From a virus (lineage: Duplodnaviria; Caudoviricetes): DNA of 30,063 nucleotides. The notes beneath the pieces were generated by a model. It was not told the origin of the DNA. It worked only from the letters and a program-made list of their open reading frames with translations, and made no database searches. Shown here piece after piece: positions 18,701 to 26,332 of the stretch; position 1 is the stretch's first letter; each line of letters opens with the position of its first letter. Made by a program: the position numbers and the translations under genes. The stretch lies in the IMG/VR virus record IMGVR_UViG_3300025015_000093, positions 1-30,063 of that record; one strand, given 5' to 3'.

Positions 18701-20724
18701 TCGACAACCTCGGTGCCCGTGCGGCCGAACTCGGCATCATCGAAGGCGAAGACCTGATTAAGCGGTTTGGATCGTACCTGTCTCGGCGCTATGATTGGGA
18801 TGCGCTTCTCAAGAAGAATCCCGAACTCGCGCTCAAGATGAAAGTCGTACAGGAAGCACTCGGGACGGATTCGGCCGTTGAAGCGGCTGCGGCCCGGTAC
18901 GGCGAGTTCCTGCGCTTCAAGAGCGACGGGCAGGACATGGCCGCGCGTCGCATCATCGGCGACCTTCCGATGCAAACGCTCAAGGAAGCATATGAACTCA
19001 TGGCGGACGGCCCCAACGTGGTCCGCGATACCACGTTCCGGCTTGCCAACGCGGTGTCTCGCGGAGAGTTCATGAAGGGCGTGTCGGAACTGCCCGGCGC
19101 CGTGACTTCCGAAGCGAAGTTGCCGTCGGGATGGAAGCGCGTGCCCGTCACGAAGCTCGCCAGCGGCAGACCGTCTTACGGCCCGCTCGCCGGCAAGGCC
19201 GTGTCGCCCGAAGTCTGGGACGCGCTCCAACTGCTTGAGGACTTGAACGAGGGTGCAACGCGGTCCGTGGGGTGGCTAGCCAAGGGAGAGGCCGGCGTCA
19301 AGGCGTGGAAGCAAGTCCATGTTCTCTGGCCCTACAACGTCGGCGCCTTGCCCCGTAACTTCATCAACGCGACTTTCAATCAGGCGGTCATGGGCAATCT
19401 CGCGCCGTGGCATGTGGACAACGCGAAAGTCTACGCGCGTGTCGCGGGCCAACTTCGCAAGGGCGGTGCGGACCTCGACGAATGGCGGGCGGCGAGTGCT
19501 GCGTCAGGCGGTCGCTCTTTGCTTGACGACTCTCGGATGCGTTCCGCTGTCATGGATGCGGTCGGTGGCATGACGTGGGAGAAGGCGCGGGCTGCTCTAC
19601 GCAACGGCGTCAAGCAGGACGTGGACTGGCTCAAACTGGCGAAGAAGTGGGGACTCGACAAGCCGGCAGAACTGTATGCGGCGTCCGACGAATACTTCAA
19701 GGCCGTCGCGTACACCATCGTCCGAGAGATGCAGCGAGCTTTCGAGGGCGGCGGAGCGGGCGCGAAACAGGCCCTCAAGCGCGCCGCGGGCTTCTGGGGT
19801 GACGACGCACAGGCCATGCTCGCAGGCGGCCCGCGTGCCGCGCTACGCCACGCCTACGAGTCGTTCCTTGACTACTCCGACGTGCCGGGTTGGGTTTCTG
19901 CTGTATCCCGCTATGGCGTCGCGCCGTTCTACAAGTTCACGGCCCTGACGGCGGAGCAGATCACGAACTACTTCCGCCGCCGGCCGCTGCACTCACTGGC
20001 GCTGCGTGCGCTGGGCGACGTGTCCGAGCGATTCCTGTCCTACGCGAGCGGCTACACGCCCGAGCAGGTCGAGGAAGCGGAACGGGTATCCCCGGCGTAC
20101 CGTGGCTCGCAGGTGTTCGTTGGCCGCGACTCGACCGGGAAACCCATGTTTGTTCAATCGCAGTACATGGTGTCCGCCGGCTCGCTGTGGTCGCCGCAAC
20201 GGGAAGGCGGGGAGGGTGGCGCCACGCAGGCGTTGTCGGAAATGGTCTACGGCGGTCCCGTGGCGCAAACGTTCATGCTTGGCACCAGCCTTGGCCCGGC
20301 TCCGTCCGCGGATTGGTTCACCGGCAAGCCCTTTGTGCCCGCTTCCGCGCCGGGGGAGATCAAGCGAGAACGGGCAGCGGAACGAGCGGGCCAACTCCTC
20401 ATGCCGCCGGCGATCTCCTGGACGGCACCGGCCATCGCAGCGGCATGGAGGGGCGAGTCCGCGCCACACCAGACGACGGTGCAGTCGGTGCCTGCCGCCA
20501 TTGCGGGTGCGTTGTCCGGCACGAAGCTCGCGTCCGTTGACGTTCCGAGGCGAAAGGCGGTGCTGGCTGCGGATCTCAAACGACGGCTCGCGGAACTCAC
20601 AGGAGAGATCACCCGCCTGACAATGGCCGGCGACGCAGACAGCATCGGCCAGATCCCGGCGATGATGCGCCAGAAGCAGTCGCTTCAATTCGAGTACATC
20701 GAACGCATCCGGGGTGAAAAATGA
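15781..20724 (+). CDS. Large internal virion / DNA ejection protein (1647 aa)
   Basis: Largest ORF, Cys-free, long Pro-rich linker, helical C-terminal region with DYSDVP...PFYKF; last of three ejection-position genes. Confidence 0.72.
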   Translation: MALPVTQDALKDIEDLRKLATRNAITPPADSFLVKLGTSMLPEEPASLIQSPETVARAADERRQSQAVAAREIELETPHPLPPGIQPVTVKEPGMGIGRTPGFQLPGPSVDEPGAEPRRVYGWSPEAARKLGRIAEIKGPFSEIQGEEVERKAAWRKAANERRLVNLSEIREEMTGIRPSEVETGVSGEKEPIDWRPSFPEKVRRGVVAVGEGTLAAAVALGKAAPGIVLRDPVTQRAIAETAIDTAEQLGEFGKVLAADPVGVLSKMWEEDPVMVGQILAIPLSGGGSILTALERLSTRIPKLAGVLKTVGKVGRVMKAAGGQAAAAPVKLGLTATGLPLPGSYVYDASKFIAGSDIMPPSLRSAARRVVLKPTAAIETLSPELRALARTQTMPGVEDRIAAEAALSKLYGMAEDTVHPISGEVTKTRDLFTEIVHAQPEHWRKQVALEGRSTQWVDPKTQARYGGKVALPDDEVTLARLKMVDEPEGLDGSEFMRKKLLARQFAGDKELPPTLEEYGVTVQWRDAAGKVYKPKDLPPDAAKLKGLTVEYVPVDSGRAPPQEAPWRLSFQEKQEQTGVPIRPAPERTGPPELGEPVAAINQREIEFPLPEKGPAPKPGQTIGGLPTPVREGVDFSAGAPWSRPVDWEKLPPDIVGAERVDFPIMPPPGFSTAAKTAERVAGKPLPKPTIAAPQIVYEVLKNQSAAPLRAFDVTADQFVARFQGRPEIQNMHPYNRAVALREAHREIVTKLREKGHPIAPGVLAEYPDVAATGESDIQLAREFTPPPEKATGELRMGPVEVTPPPPEPRLFEATEQRGPPSVLRRPRPKVGPPTAPLPEQESRFAVGAPPEGPRPLPPSGPTGVLGKRDAPEVPFLRPGEAYPGPPRGLPDGAAVQGELPLIPPPRGGLPTPFKPITLAPEGQPPLVVSEGPGGRMVAAKPTEPPKMRTPKLPKMSDENRSLVRDIVQPVRQVIDNLGARAAELGIIEGEDLIKRFGSYLSRRYDWDALLKKNPELALKMKVVQEALGTDSAVEAAAARYGEFLRFKSDGQDMAARRIIGDLPMQTLKEAYELMADGPNVVRDTTFRLANAVSRGEFMKGVSELPGAVTSEAKLPSGWKRVPVTKLASGRPSYGPLAGKAVSPEVWDALQLLEDLNEGATRSVGWLAKGEAGVKAWKQVHVLWPYNVGALPRNFINATFNQAVMGNLAPWHVDNAKVYARVAGQLRKGGADLDEWRAASAASGGRSLLDDSRMRSAVMDAVGGMTWEKARAALRNGVKQDVDWLKLAKKWGLDKPAELYAASDEYFKAVAYTIVREMQRAFEGGGAGAKQALKRAAGFWGDDAQAMLAGGPRAALRHAYESFLDYSDVPGWVSAVSRYGVAPFYKFTALTAEQITNYFRRRPLHSLALRALGDVSERFLSYASGYTPEQVEEAERVSPAYRGSQVFVGRDSTGKPMFVQSQYMVSAGSLWSPQREGGEGGATQALSEMVYGGPVAQTFMLGTSLGPAPSADWFTGKPFVPASAPGEIKRERAAERAGQLLMPPAISWTAPAIAAAWRGESAPHQTTVQSVPAAIAGALSGTKLASVDVPRRKAVLAADLKRRLAELTGEITRLTMAGDADSIGQIPAMMRQKQSLQFEYIERIRGEK

Positions 20725-20727
20725 ACC

Positions 20728-20755
20728 TTGACCCTCGCAACTTCCGTGGTACGAT
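20728..20755 (+). promoter_or_regulatory. Sigma70-like promoter for the accessory cassette
   Basis: TTGACC (20728-20733), 16 nt spacer ending TGG, TACGAT (20750-20755): extended -10. Confidence 0.6.
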
Positions 20756-20830
20756 ACCAGCGGCCCGTGAAAGGGCATGGAAGTCCGTGGACTTGACAAG
20801 CAATACTTCATGTGATGCGCGAGGTTTGGA

Positions 20831-21211
20831 TTGAACAGTTCATTCCTCCAGCAATCGACACTCACCACCGACGGCCAAGTCGTGACGATGGGGCCACACG
20901 GCAACAAGACTCGCGCCACACTGGAAATGGAGCGCCTAGACGGCAACCCCGCGTCTCTTGCCTACGAAGTGCAGTACGTCGCGGACGGGCCGTGGACCGT
21001 GCTTCCCGGCAGCCCCAACGTGCTCGGCGACGGCAACGAGGCCTACACTTGGTCTGCCTACAACGCATGGGCGTACCGCTTCACGTTGACGCAGGGCGTG
21101 CCGCCGACTGTTGGGATCAAGGCAACGCTCAAGCTCTGGAACGAGGGCGACGTTGATCCGCCGCTCACGCCGTCCACAAGCAGCTATCAGGCAGACAGGA
21201 TTGCGACGTGA
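20831..21211 (+). CDS. Beta-sandwich protein, paralog 1 (C-terminal YQADRIAT)
   Basis: TTG start with GAGG RBS; aligns end to end with the next gene. Confidence 0.8.
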   Translation: MNSSFLQQSTLTTDGQVVTMGPHGNKTRATLEMERLDGNPASLAYEVQYVADGPWTVLPGSPNVLGDGNEAYTWSAYNAWAYRFTLTQGVPPTVGIKATLKLWNEGDVDPPLTPSTSSYQADRIAT

Positions 21212-21576
21212 GAACGACCCATCTTCGGCAACTCACGTTCCTTGCCGACAGCGCGCAGACCGTCTCGCCCAAGGGACAGAAGGCAAACAACTTCGTCGAG
21301 TTCGACCGGCAGGGTGGCGCCGTGGGCAACGTGGCCTACGAGCAACAGCACTTTCAGGGCGGGTTGTGGTGGACCGTCGCGGGCAGTCCGAATGCCGCCG
21401 ATGGCGTGGCTGCTTGGACGAACCACGTCTACGCGATTCGCTTCACCGTGGCCGGCATGGCGCCGGGGCCGGGCGTGCAGATCGTAGTAACGGTCAAGTG
21501 CTACAACGAGGGCGACTGCGATCCGGGTCTGACCGAGACGACGAGCGCGTACCAAGCCGACAGGATCGCAACGTAG
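21208..21576 (+). CDS. Beta-sandwich protein, paralog 2 (C-terminal YQADRIAT)
   Basis: GTGA overlap; shares AYE.Q, WTV.GSPN and NEGD.DP.LT..TS.YQADRIAT with paralog 1. Confidence 0.8.
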   Translation: MRTTHLRQLTFLADSAQTVSPKGQKANNFVEFDRQGGAVGNVAYEQQHFQGGLWWTVAGSPNAADGVAAWTNHVYAIRFTVAGMAPGPGVQIVVTVKCYNEGDCDPGLTETTSAYQADRIAT

Positions 21577-21585
21577 GGAGCAGCC

Positions 21586-21804
21586 ATGTTCGCGTCGAAG
21601 CACATGCCGAAAGAATACGCCGGGAAGTCCACAAAACCAGGCATGGGCGGGCGCATGTCGATGATGATCGACGACATGATGGCGGAAGACCCCGACATGT
21701 CGATGGAGCATGCGCGCAAGATTGCAGCCGCGAGGGGTCGAGAAAAGTACGGCGTGGGGAAAATGGCCAAGTGGTCCGCCGCCGGACGCAAGAGGAATAC
21801 ATAG
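21586..21804 (+). CDS. Small Met-rich basic protein (72 aa)
   Basis: GGAG RBS; C-half IAAARGREKYGVGKMAKWSAAGRKR. Confidence 0.75.
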   Translation: MFASKHMPKEYAGKSTKPGMGGRMSMMIDDMMAEDPDMSMEHARKIAAARGREKYGVGKMAKWSAAGRKRNT

Positions 21805-22178
21805 TGGCGCAGAGCCTCCGCACCGTTCTCTCCCTCACGCTCGACAGCGCGTACGTCAACGGCGGTGCGCTCGACATGCCCGTGGACGTAGACGAGTGGG
21901 TGAACATCTCGGTAGACGTACCGGCAACCGGCGGCGGGTCGGTCGTGATCGATCCTGTGGCGCTCGGCATCGGAACCAGTTACGGGATTCTGATCGTAGC
22001 TCCGGCCGACATCCTCATCAAACCGACGAACCTGTCCAGTCCGTTCCAGGGCCGTGTCTTCCTGCTCGCGTCGGGGTCGCCGGCGGACATCATGCCCGCG
22101 CCGGGAGCGGAGACGTACACGCTCTCGGGCGTGGCGGCTACGGTGACAAATGTGCGCGTAATAGTTTGGGGCACCTAA
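21804..22178 (+). CDS. Hypothetical beta-rich structural protein (124 aa)
   Basis: GTG overlaps the upstream TAG, AGAGG RBS; this is the coding 3' part of track ORF 21111..22178. Confidence 0.7.
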   Translation: MAQSLRTVLSLTLDSAYVNGGALDMPVDVDEWVNISVDVPATGGGSVVIDPVALGIGTSYGILIVAPADILIKPTNLSSPFQGRVFLLASGSPADIMPAPGAETYTLSGVAATVTNVRVIVWGT

Positions 22179-22190
22179 CGGAGGGTCAAC

Positions 22191-23564
22191 ATGGCTGACG
22201 GTAGAATCAATCTCGCGGGTGGCTTCCTGGTACTGCTCGATGGCGGAAACCTGTCCGCTGACGATCAGGGCCGGCTGCGGATATCCACCGCCGCACTCGG
22301 GGACCTCATGCGCATCAAGACGATCAGTGAGGAAGCGTACACGGACGGGCAGTTGCTCTACGTGTCGGGCTTCCAGTTGGTCGGCACCGAATACTACGCC
22401 GAGGTCAAGCTGGCCGACGCCACCGCCGGGACCGCGCACGAGGCAGTACTCGTCGCCGTGGGCGCCGCACTGCTCGGGGCGACCGGAGAAGCGACCAACG
22501 CGCGGTGGCTGCTCAATCAGAACACCGCGGCCGGCGCCGAGGGGCAGGCCGTCTACCTTTCCGGCACCGCTGGCGGATGGACACTGACGCCGCCCACGGG
22601 TGCAACAAGTCTTCAGCAGATCATCGGCTTCGTCGCCGTGGTGGACGCAGCGGTCGGCGCGATCCGCATCTCGCTTCCCGAGTCCGCGCTGCCGGTCCAC
22701 ACACACCAGGACGCTTCGCGCGGCGGACAGGTTCCGACGGCGGGCGTCGTGGACGGCCTGTTCTCGGCTGACGGGGCCGGGCGACTCAAGATGTCTGCGG
22801 ACTTTTTCGAGGCCGCCGCGGTCTCTCGTGCCAAGTTCGCCGACAACTTCTGGGACGACGACGCAACGATCCTCGCCAAGTTCGGTCGTGGCCTTCAGCG
22901 CGACGTGGGTCACGCCACCTCGGGCTACTTCCGCGCCGTGGGCAACGTCACCGCTGGCGACACGATAACCATCAACGCTCGTGTCTACACCTTCACCGCC
23001 GCCCCGGGTGGCGCAACCGATGTCGATCCGGGTGGCGCCGGGCCGTGGGCTCCGGACGTGGCGATGGCTCGCTTCACCGCCGTCTTGAATGTGGACGCGG
23101 GCCGCAGCGTGGACGGCACCGATTGGCCGCTGTCCGATGCCACCAGCGCGGGCGTGTCGATCATAGGCAAGGTCATCACGGGCGGTGCCAATCTCGCCCT
23201 TTCCACAACCGTTGCCGTTCCGGGTGCAATCCTGCGCAGCGGCGCAACGACGACTGGATATGCAGCCGCGCAGTCTCGTCAGGTGTGGCAGGGTGCCTAC
23301 GCGGTTACGGCGGATGCGGTGAATGCGTGGCTCCAGCACGCCGCCGGTCACGGCGGGTCTGTCGCCATCGGCACCGTCGCATCGACCACAGCAGCGCAGC
23401 ACGTCATGATCTTTGTGCGGGATTCTACCGGCATCATCAAGCTCATCAACACGATGGGCGTGGTGATGCGGCAGGTAAACGCCAACTACTTCGTGGTCGA
23501 GTTGGTGGACGACATCGGTGTGCTTGCGGCGACGGACGAGGTTTCTTGGATCGCGTGGAGTTAG
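22191..23564 (+). CDS. Putative head fibre/decoration protein: N-terminal capsid-cement-like domain plus shared C-terminal module
   Basis: GGAGG RBS; GQLLYVSG...KLADA...GQAVYLSGTAGGWTLTPP...QIIGFV resembles DUF2190-like head-fibre/cement domains (from memory); C-half paralogous to the next gene. Confidence 0.65.
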   Translation: MADGRINLAGGFLVLLDGGNLSADDQGRLRISTAALGDLMRIKTISEEAYTDGQLLYVSGFQLVGTEYYAEVKLADATAGTAHEAVLVAVGAALLGATGEATNARWLLNQNTAAGAEGQAVYLSGTAGGWTLTPPTGATSLQQIIGFVAVVDAAVGAIRISLPESALPVHTHQDASRGGQVPTAGVVDGLFSADGAGRLKMSADFFEAAAVSRAKFADNFWDDDATILAKFGRGLQRDVGHATSGYFRAVGNVTAGDTITINARVYTFTAAPGGATDVDPGGAGPWAPDVAMARFTAVLNVDAGRSVDGTDWPLSDATSAGVSIIGKVITGGANLALSTTVAVPGAILRSGATTTGYAAAQSRQVWQGAYAVTADAVNAWLQHAAGHGGSVAIGTVASTTAAQHVMIFVRDSTGIIKLINTMGVVMRQVNANYFVVELVDDIGVLAATDEVSWIAWS

Positions 23565-23876
23565 TGTGCTAGGCAATAGTGCCCACTAGGAGGATACGAC
23601 AATGGCAGGGGAAGCAAAGACAGGTCAACTCGGAAACGATCAGGTTACGGGTGGAAAGGTAGCGGCGGACACCCTCGATCTGACGGATATCGGCACGAAG
23701 CTGACGCAGGCGCTCGGAGTGCCCGGCAAGGGCTGGATCACCCAGAGCGGATTCAACATCGCAGCGGGGGACACCTACCAGATCGGGGCCGTGACGTTCA
23801 CCTTTGCCGCCGCCGAAGCCGCACCCGAAGACATCGCCCCAGGCGGGGCGGGGCCGTGGGCTCCGAACGTGGCGAT
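23040..23876 (+). repeat. Dispersed 26-nt direct repeat GGGCCGTGGGCTCCG(G/A)ACGTGGCGAT at 23040-23065 and 23851-23876
   Basis: 25 of 26 nt identical; encodes GPWAP(D/N)VA in two paralogs. Confidence 0.85.
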
Positions 23877-24375
23877 TGCCCGTGCGGTCATCCGCATCAA
23901 CGCCCACGCAACGTGCGTTGCCGAAGCAGCGGCCTTCGCCGGCAACGACGGTACTTCGGCTGGCCTTCACCTCTGCGAGAAGGCCGTCACGGGTGCTGGT
24001 TTCGCCCTGGTGGCCACGGTGGCGGCTGGTGGCAGCGCCGTATCCGCGGCGGCTTCTACGGGTGAGGCTCTGGCGGCCGACAAGACCGTGTTCCACGGGG
24101 CGTACGCACTGACGGCGGCCGACATCACCGCTCTCGCCCTCCTCAACGGGGCCGCGGCGGTCATCGGCGAAGTGGACATCGGCTCCATCGGTTCCACGGC
24201 GAGCCCAGCCTATCGGATCACCGACGTGTACACGGCCGCCGGCGTCAAGATCGCCGACAACACGCTGGTGTACAAGTGGGTTCAGCACGACGGGAACCTC
24301 TGGTCGCTCGTGGTCATGGATCCGGTCGCGGTTCTGGCGAACACGAACGTCATCAACTGGCTGGCAATCTCGTAG
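23602..24375 (+). CDS. Accessory virion protein, N-terminal MAGEAKTGQL tag plus shared module
   Basis: AGGAGG RBS; paralogy with 22191 (C-half) and 24937. Confidence 0.75.
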   Translation: MAGEAKTGQLGNDQVTGGKVAADTLDLTDIGTKLTQALGVPGKGWITQSGFNIAAGDTYQIGAVTFTFAAAEAAPEDIAPGGAGPWAPNVAIARAVIRINAHATCVAEAAAFAGNDGTSAGLHLCEKAVTGAGFALVATVAAGGSAVSAAASTGEALAADKTVFHGAYALTAADITALALLNGAAAVIGEVDIGSIGSTASPAYRITDVYTAAGVKIADNTLVYKWVQHDGNLWSLVVMDPVAVLANTNVINWLAIS

Positions 24376-24391
24376 ACAACGACGAGGGCTC

Positions 24392-24889
24392 ATGGGTGGT
24401 GAGATCAAAACGGGTCAACTTCCAGCGGGCTTCGCCGCGGCGCTTGGCGGCGAGATCACGGGCACGAATCCGGCCTTGAGCGCTGCCTCAGTAGTCTATC
24501 CACAGGTCGGCCTTCTGCCGCACGGAGTGGCTCATGGCGTTTTCGATGCCACGGCTGGGAAAGCCGTAGGAGTATACGATACCGTGGGCGTCGGCATACC
24601 CGACAATGCTCTGATCATTGGGTGCTTCGTGCGCGTGCGCGCGAACTTCACCGGCGGCGCGGGTGCTGCTCTGTCGCTTGGCATTGAGGCACTCGGAGAT
24701 CTGCGTGGAGCCACGGTAGTCACGGATCCTGTCTGGCAAGCGGGCGTCAAGAATACTGCCGCGAACTGGGGCGTGGCGGGTGTCAAGGAGACCACGGCCA
24801 TGAGAGCGTTGCGCATGGAAGTAACCGTCAACCCCTTGACCGGAGGCATAGCGGATGTGTTCGCGTTCTTTGTCGTAATGGCTGGATAG
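24392..24889 (+). CDS. Accessory virion protein, N-terminal MGGEIKTGQL tag plus jelly-roll decoration-like domain
   Basis: GAGG RBS; IPDNALIIGCFVRVRANFTG..AALSLG resembles capsid decoration jelly rolls. Confidence 0.7.
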   Translation: MGGEIKTGQLPAGFAAALGGEITGTNPALSAASVVYPQVGLLPHGVAHGVFDATAGKAVGVYDTVGVGIPDNALIIGCFVRVRANFTGGAGAALSLGIEALGDLRGATVVTDPVWQAGVKNTAANWGVAGVKETTAMRALRMEVTVNPLTGGIADVFAFFVVMAG

Positions 24890-24936
24890 AGAATAATGGC
24901 GGCGCTGGCCAAGCTGGAGCAGGAGTAGGAGGACTC

Positions 24937-25638
24937 ATGGCAGGCGAAATCAAGACCGGACAGATCGCAAATGCGGCGGTCACGGCGGTCAAGACGGGGA
25001 CGGATCTTACCACGGCCAACCTGGCGACGAAGTTGCCGGTCATCGTGGGGCGCAAGGGAAACCTGCACGCGCGGTGGGCGGCAGACTCAAACCCAGGCGA
25101 CACCATCACTGTGACCGTGGGTGCCACGCCTACGGTGTTCACGGCGGTCAACCCTGGCCCTCCGGGACCGGGCGAGTTCGTGCAGGGCGGCGGAGCGCCA
25201 GTGACTGCCAACAATTTCGCCACGGCAGTGAATGGCGCTGCTCTCGGTGTCACGGCGGCGAAAAACCCGGCCGACAACGCCGTTGACATCGTGGGCGCAA
25301 CGGTCGGCCAAGCTCTCGACATCGAGGAGTCTTCTCCGGGGGGGCCGCGCGTCTTCGTGCAGGACGACGGTGACGAAGCCGTCGCGGCACAGGCCACTCT
25401 CTACACGGGCGTCCACACATGCACCAACGAGGACGTGACCCGCGACCGCGTGTTCATCAACACCGGCTTGACTTCCATCGCGTCCATGGTCTATCAGGTT
25501 CGCTCCTCGGCCACTGGTATCGTGAAGGCACACAACGGCGCGGTGACAATCACGAACGGTCTGGTGGACATTTCCAACTCGGGCGCAACGGACTTCGACA
25601 ACGGGGACACGATCACCCTCTTCATCGTCGGGGTCTAG
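24937..25638 (+). CDS. Accessory virion protein, N-terminal MAGEIKTGQI tag plus diverged shared module
   Basis: AGGAGG RBS; IANAAVTAVK fibre-type repeat; GDTITV...TANNFATAVN. Confidence 0.75.
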   Translation: MAGEIKTGQIANAAVTAVKTGTDLTTANLATKLPVIVGRKGNLHARWAADSNPGDTITVTVGATPTVFTAVNPGPPGPGEFVQGGGAPVTANNFATAVNGAALGVTAAKNPADNAVDIVGATVGQALDIEESSPGGPRVFVQDDGDEAVAAQATLYTGVHTCTNEDVTRDRVFINTGLTSIASMVYQVRSSATGIVKAHNGAVTITNGLVDISNSGATDFDNGDTITLFIVGV

Positions 25639-25640
25639 TC

Positions 25641-25934
25641 ATGGACCTCACTCTCGCCAACGGCCTGCTCGCGCTCTCCGCTTGTGTTATCGGCGGCGGC
25701 GTTGGCCTGCTCGGTGGCATCACGTTGCAGCGGTCATGGGCCGACGAGCGGTTCGTGCAACTTTCAGCGTGCATCAGCCAGCACCGGGAAACCGGCCGCC
25801 GCCTTGACGAGATCGTGGTTCGCCAGACCCGCCTTGAGGACAAGGTGGACATGCTGGCCGCCGCAGTAGCCAAACTGCAAGAGGCGTTCGAAAGCATAGA
25901 CAGGTCCATCGAGCGTCTGCTCGTGGCGAGGTAG
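25641..25934 (+). CDS. Membrane protein, one TM helix plus coiled coil (holin-like/lysis-associated)
   Basis: MDLTLANGLLALSACVIGGGVGLLGGITL, then heptad-like LDEIVVRQTRLEDKVDMLAAAVAKL. Confidence 0.6.
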   Translation: MDLTLANGLLALSACVIGGGVGLLGGITLQRSWADERFVQLSACISQHRETGRRLDEIVVRQTRLEDKVDMLAAAVAKLQEAFESIDRSIERLLVAR

Positions 25935-25946
25935 GAGGAGGGCTCC

Positions 25947-26150
25947 GTGGGCAAGAAGTCAAAGTGGGCACTCATCGGTTCCATCGCGTGCATCGTGGTC
26001 GGCGTTGCTGCCGCTGTGTGGCCTCCGCTGGCTCCGTTCGCCCTGCCCATCATCACCGTTATCGGCGGGGCAAGCGGCACCGGCATGATCACTCACGCGG
26101 TCCAGGACTCGAAGTTCACCGTGTACGACCCCGCGAAGGCCGGCAAGTAG
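25947..26150 (+). CDS. Putative holin (two TM helices)
   Basis: AGGAGG RBS, GTG start, basic N-terminus KKSK, two hydrophobic segments, end of late operon. Confidence 0.6.
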   Translation: MGKKSKWALIGSIACIVVGVAAAVWPPLAPFALPIITVIGGASGTGMITHAVQDSKFTVYDPAKAGK

Positions 26151-26152
26151 CC

Positions 26153-26332
26153 ATGCCCTCGTGGTACTCGCGCTGGCGGGTCCGGTGCGCAGCCCGCACT
26201 ATCGCCCGCTACCTCGCAGGGGACACGCGCAGGCACATGACTCTCTCGCGAGCGGGGCGACTACTTTATGTGCGGGATGAGAACGGGGCGCTGGTCAACC
26301 AGTGGACGGGTTCGCCAGTTTCTCCGCGATGA
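26153..26332 (+). CDS. Hypothetical Arg-rich protein (59 aa)
   Basis: ATG 2 nt after the holin stop; weak RBS; overlaps the convergent gene by 38 nt. Confidence 0.4.
   Translation: MPSWYSRWRVRCAARTIARYLAGDTRRHMTLSRAGRLLYVRDENGALVNQWTGSPVSPR

Noticed and set aside
15781-20724. Tape-measure protein or virion RNA polymerase
   Set aside because: No tail tube or chaperone genes nearby, no tape-measure repeats, and no recognisable RNA polymerase motif; the podoviral context favours an ejection protein.
20793-20821. Second promoter at TTGACA 20793-20798
   Set aside because: No credible -10 at 16-18 nt spacing; kept only as part of the palindrome finding.
21111-21803. Long 5' extensions of track ORFs (21111..22178, 2741..3373, 25419..25934, 26926..27675, 26576..27241, 27366..27941)
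   Set aside because: They overlap better-supported genes; downstream starts with RBS or stop-start overlaps were used.
22950-24375. Diversity-generating retroelement template/variable repeat pair
   Set aside because: The near-identical DNA is only 26 nt, wider differences are not adenine-specific, and no reverse transcriptase is in the window; ordinary paralogy explains it.
3714-26150. Genome-wide TAG reassignment (genetic code 15)
   Set aside because: The YQADRIAT paralogs end in TGA and TAG at the same position, many TAGs overlap the next RBS, and genes are full length under code 11.
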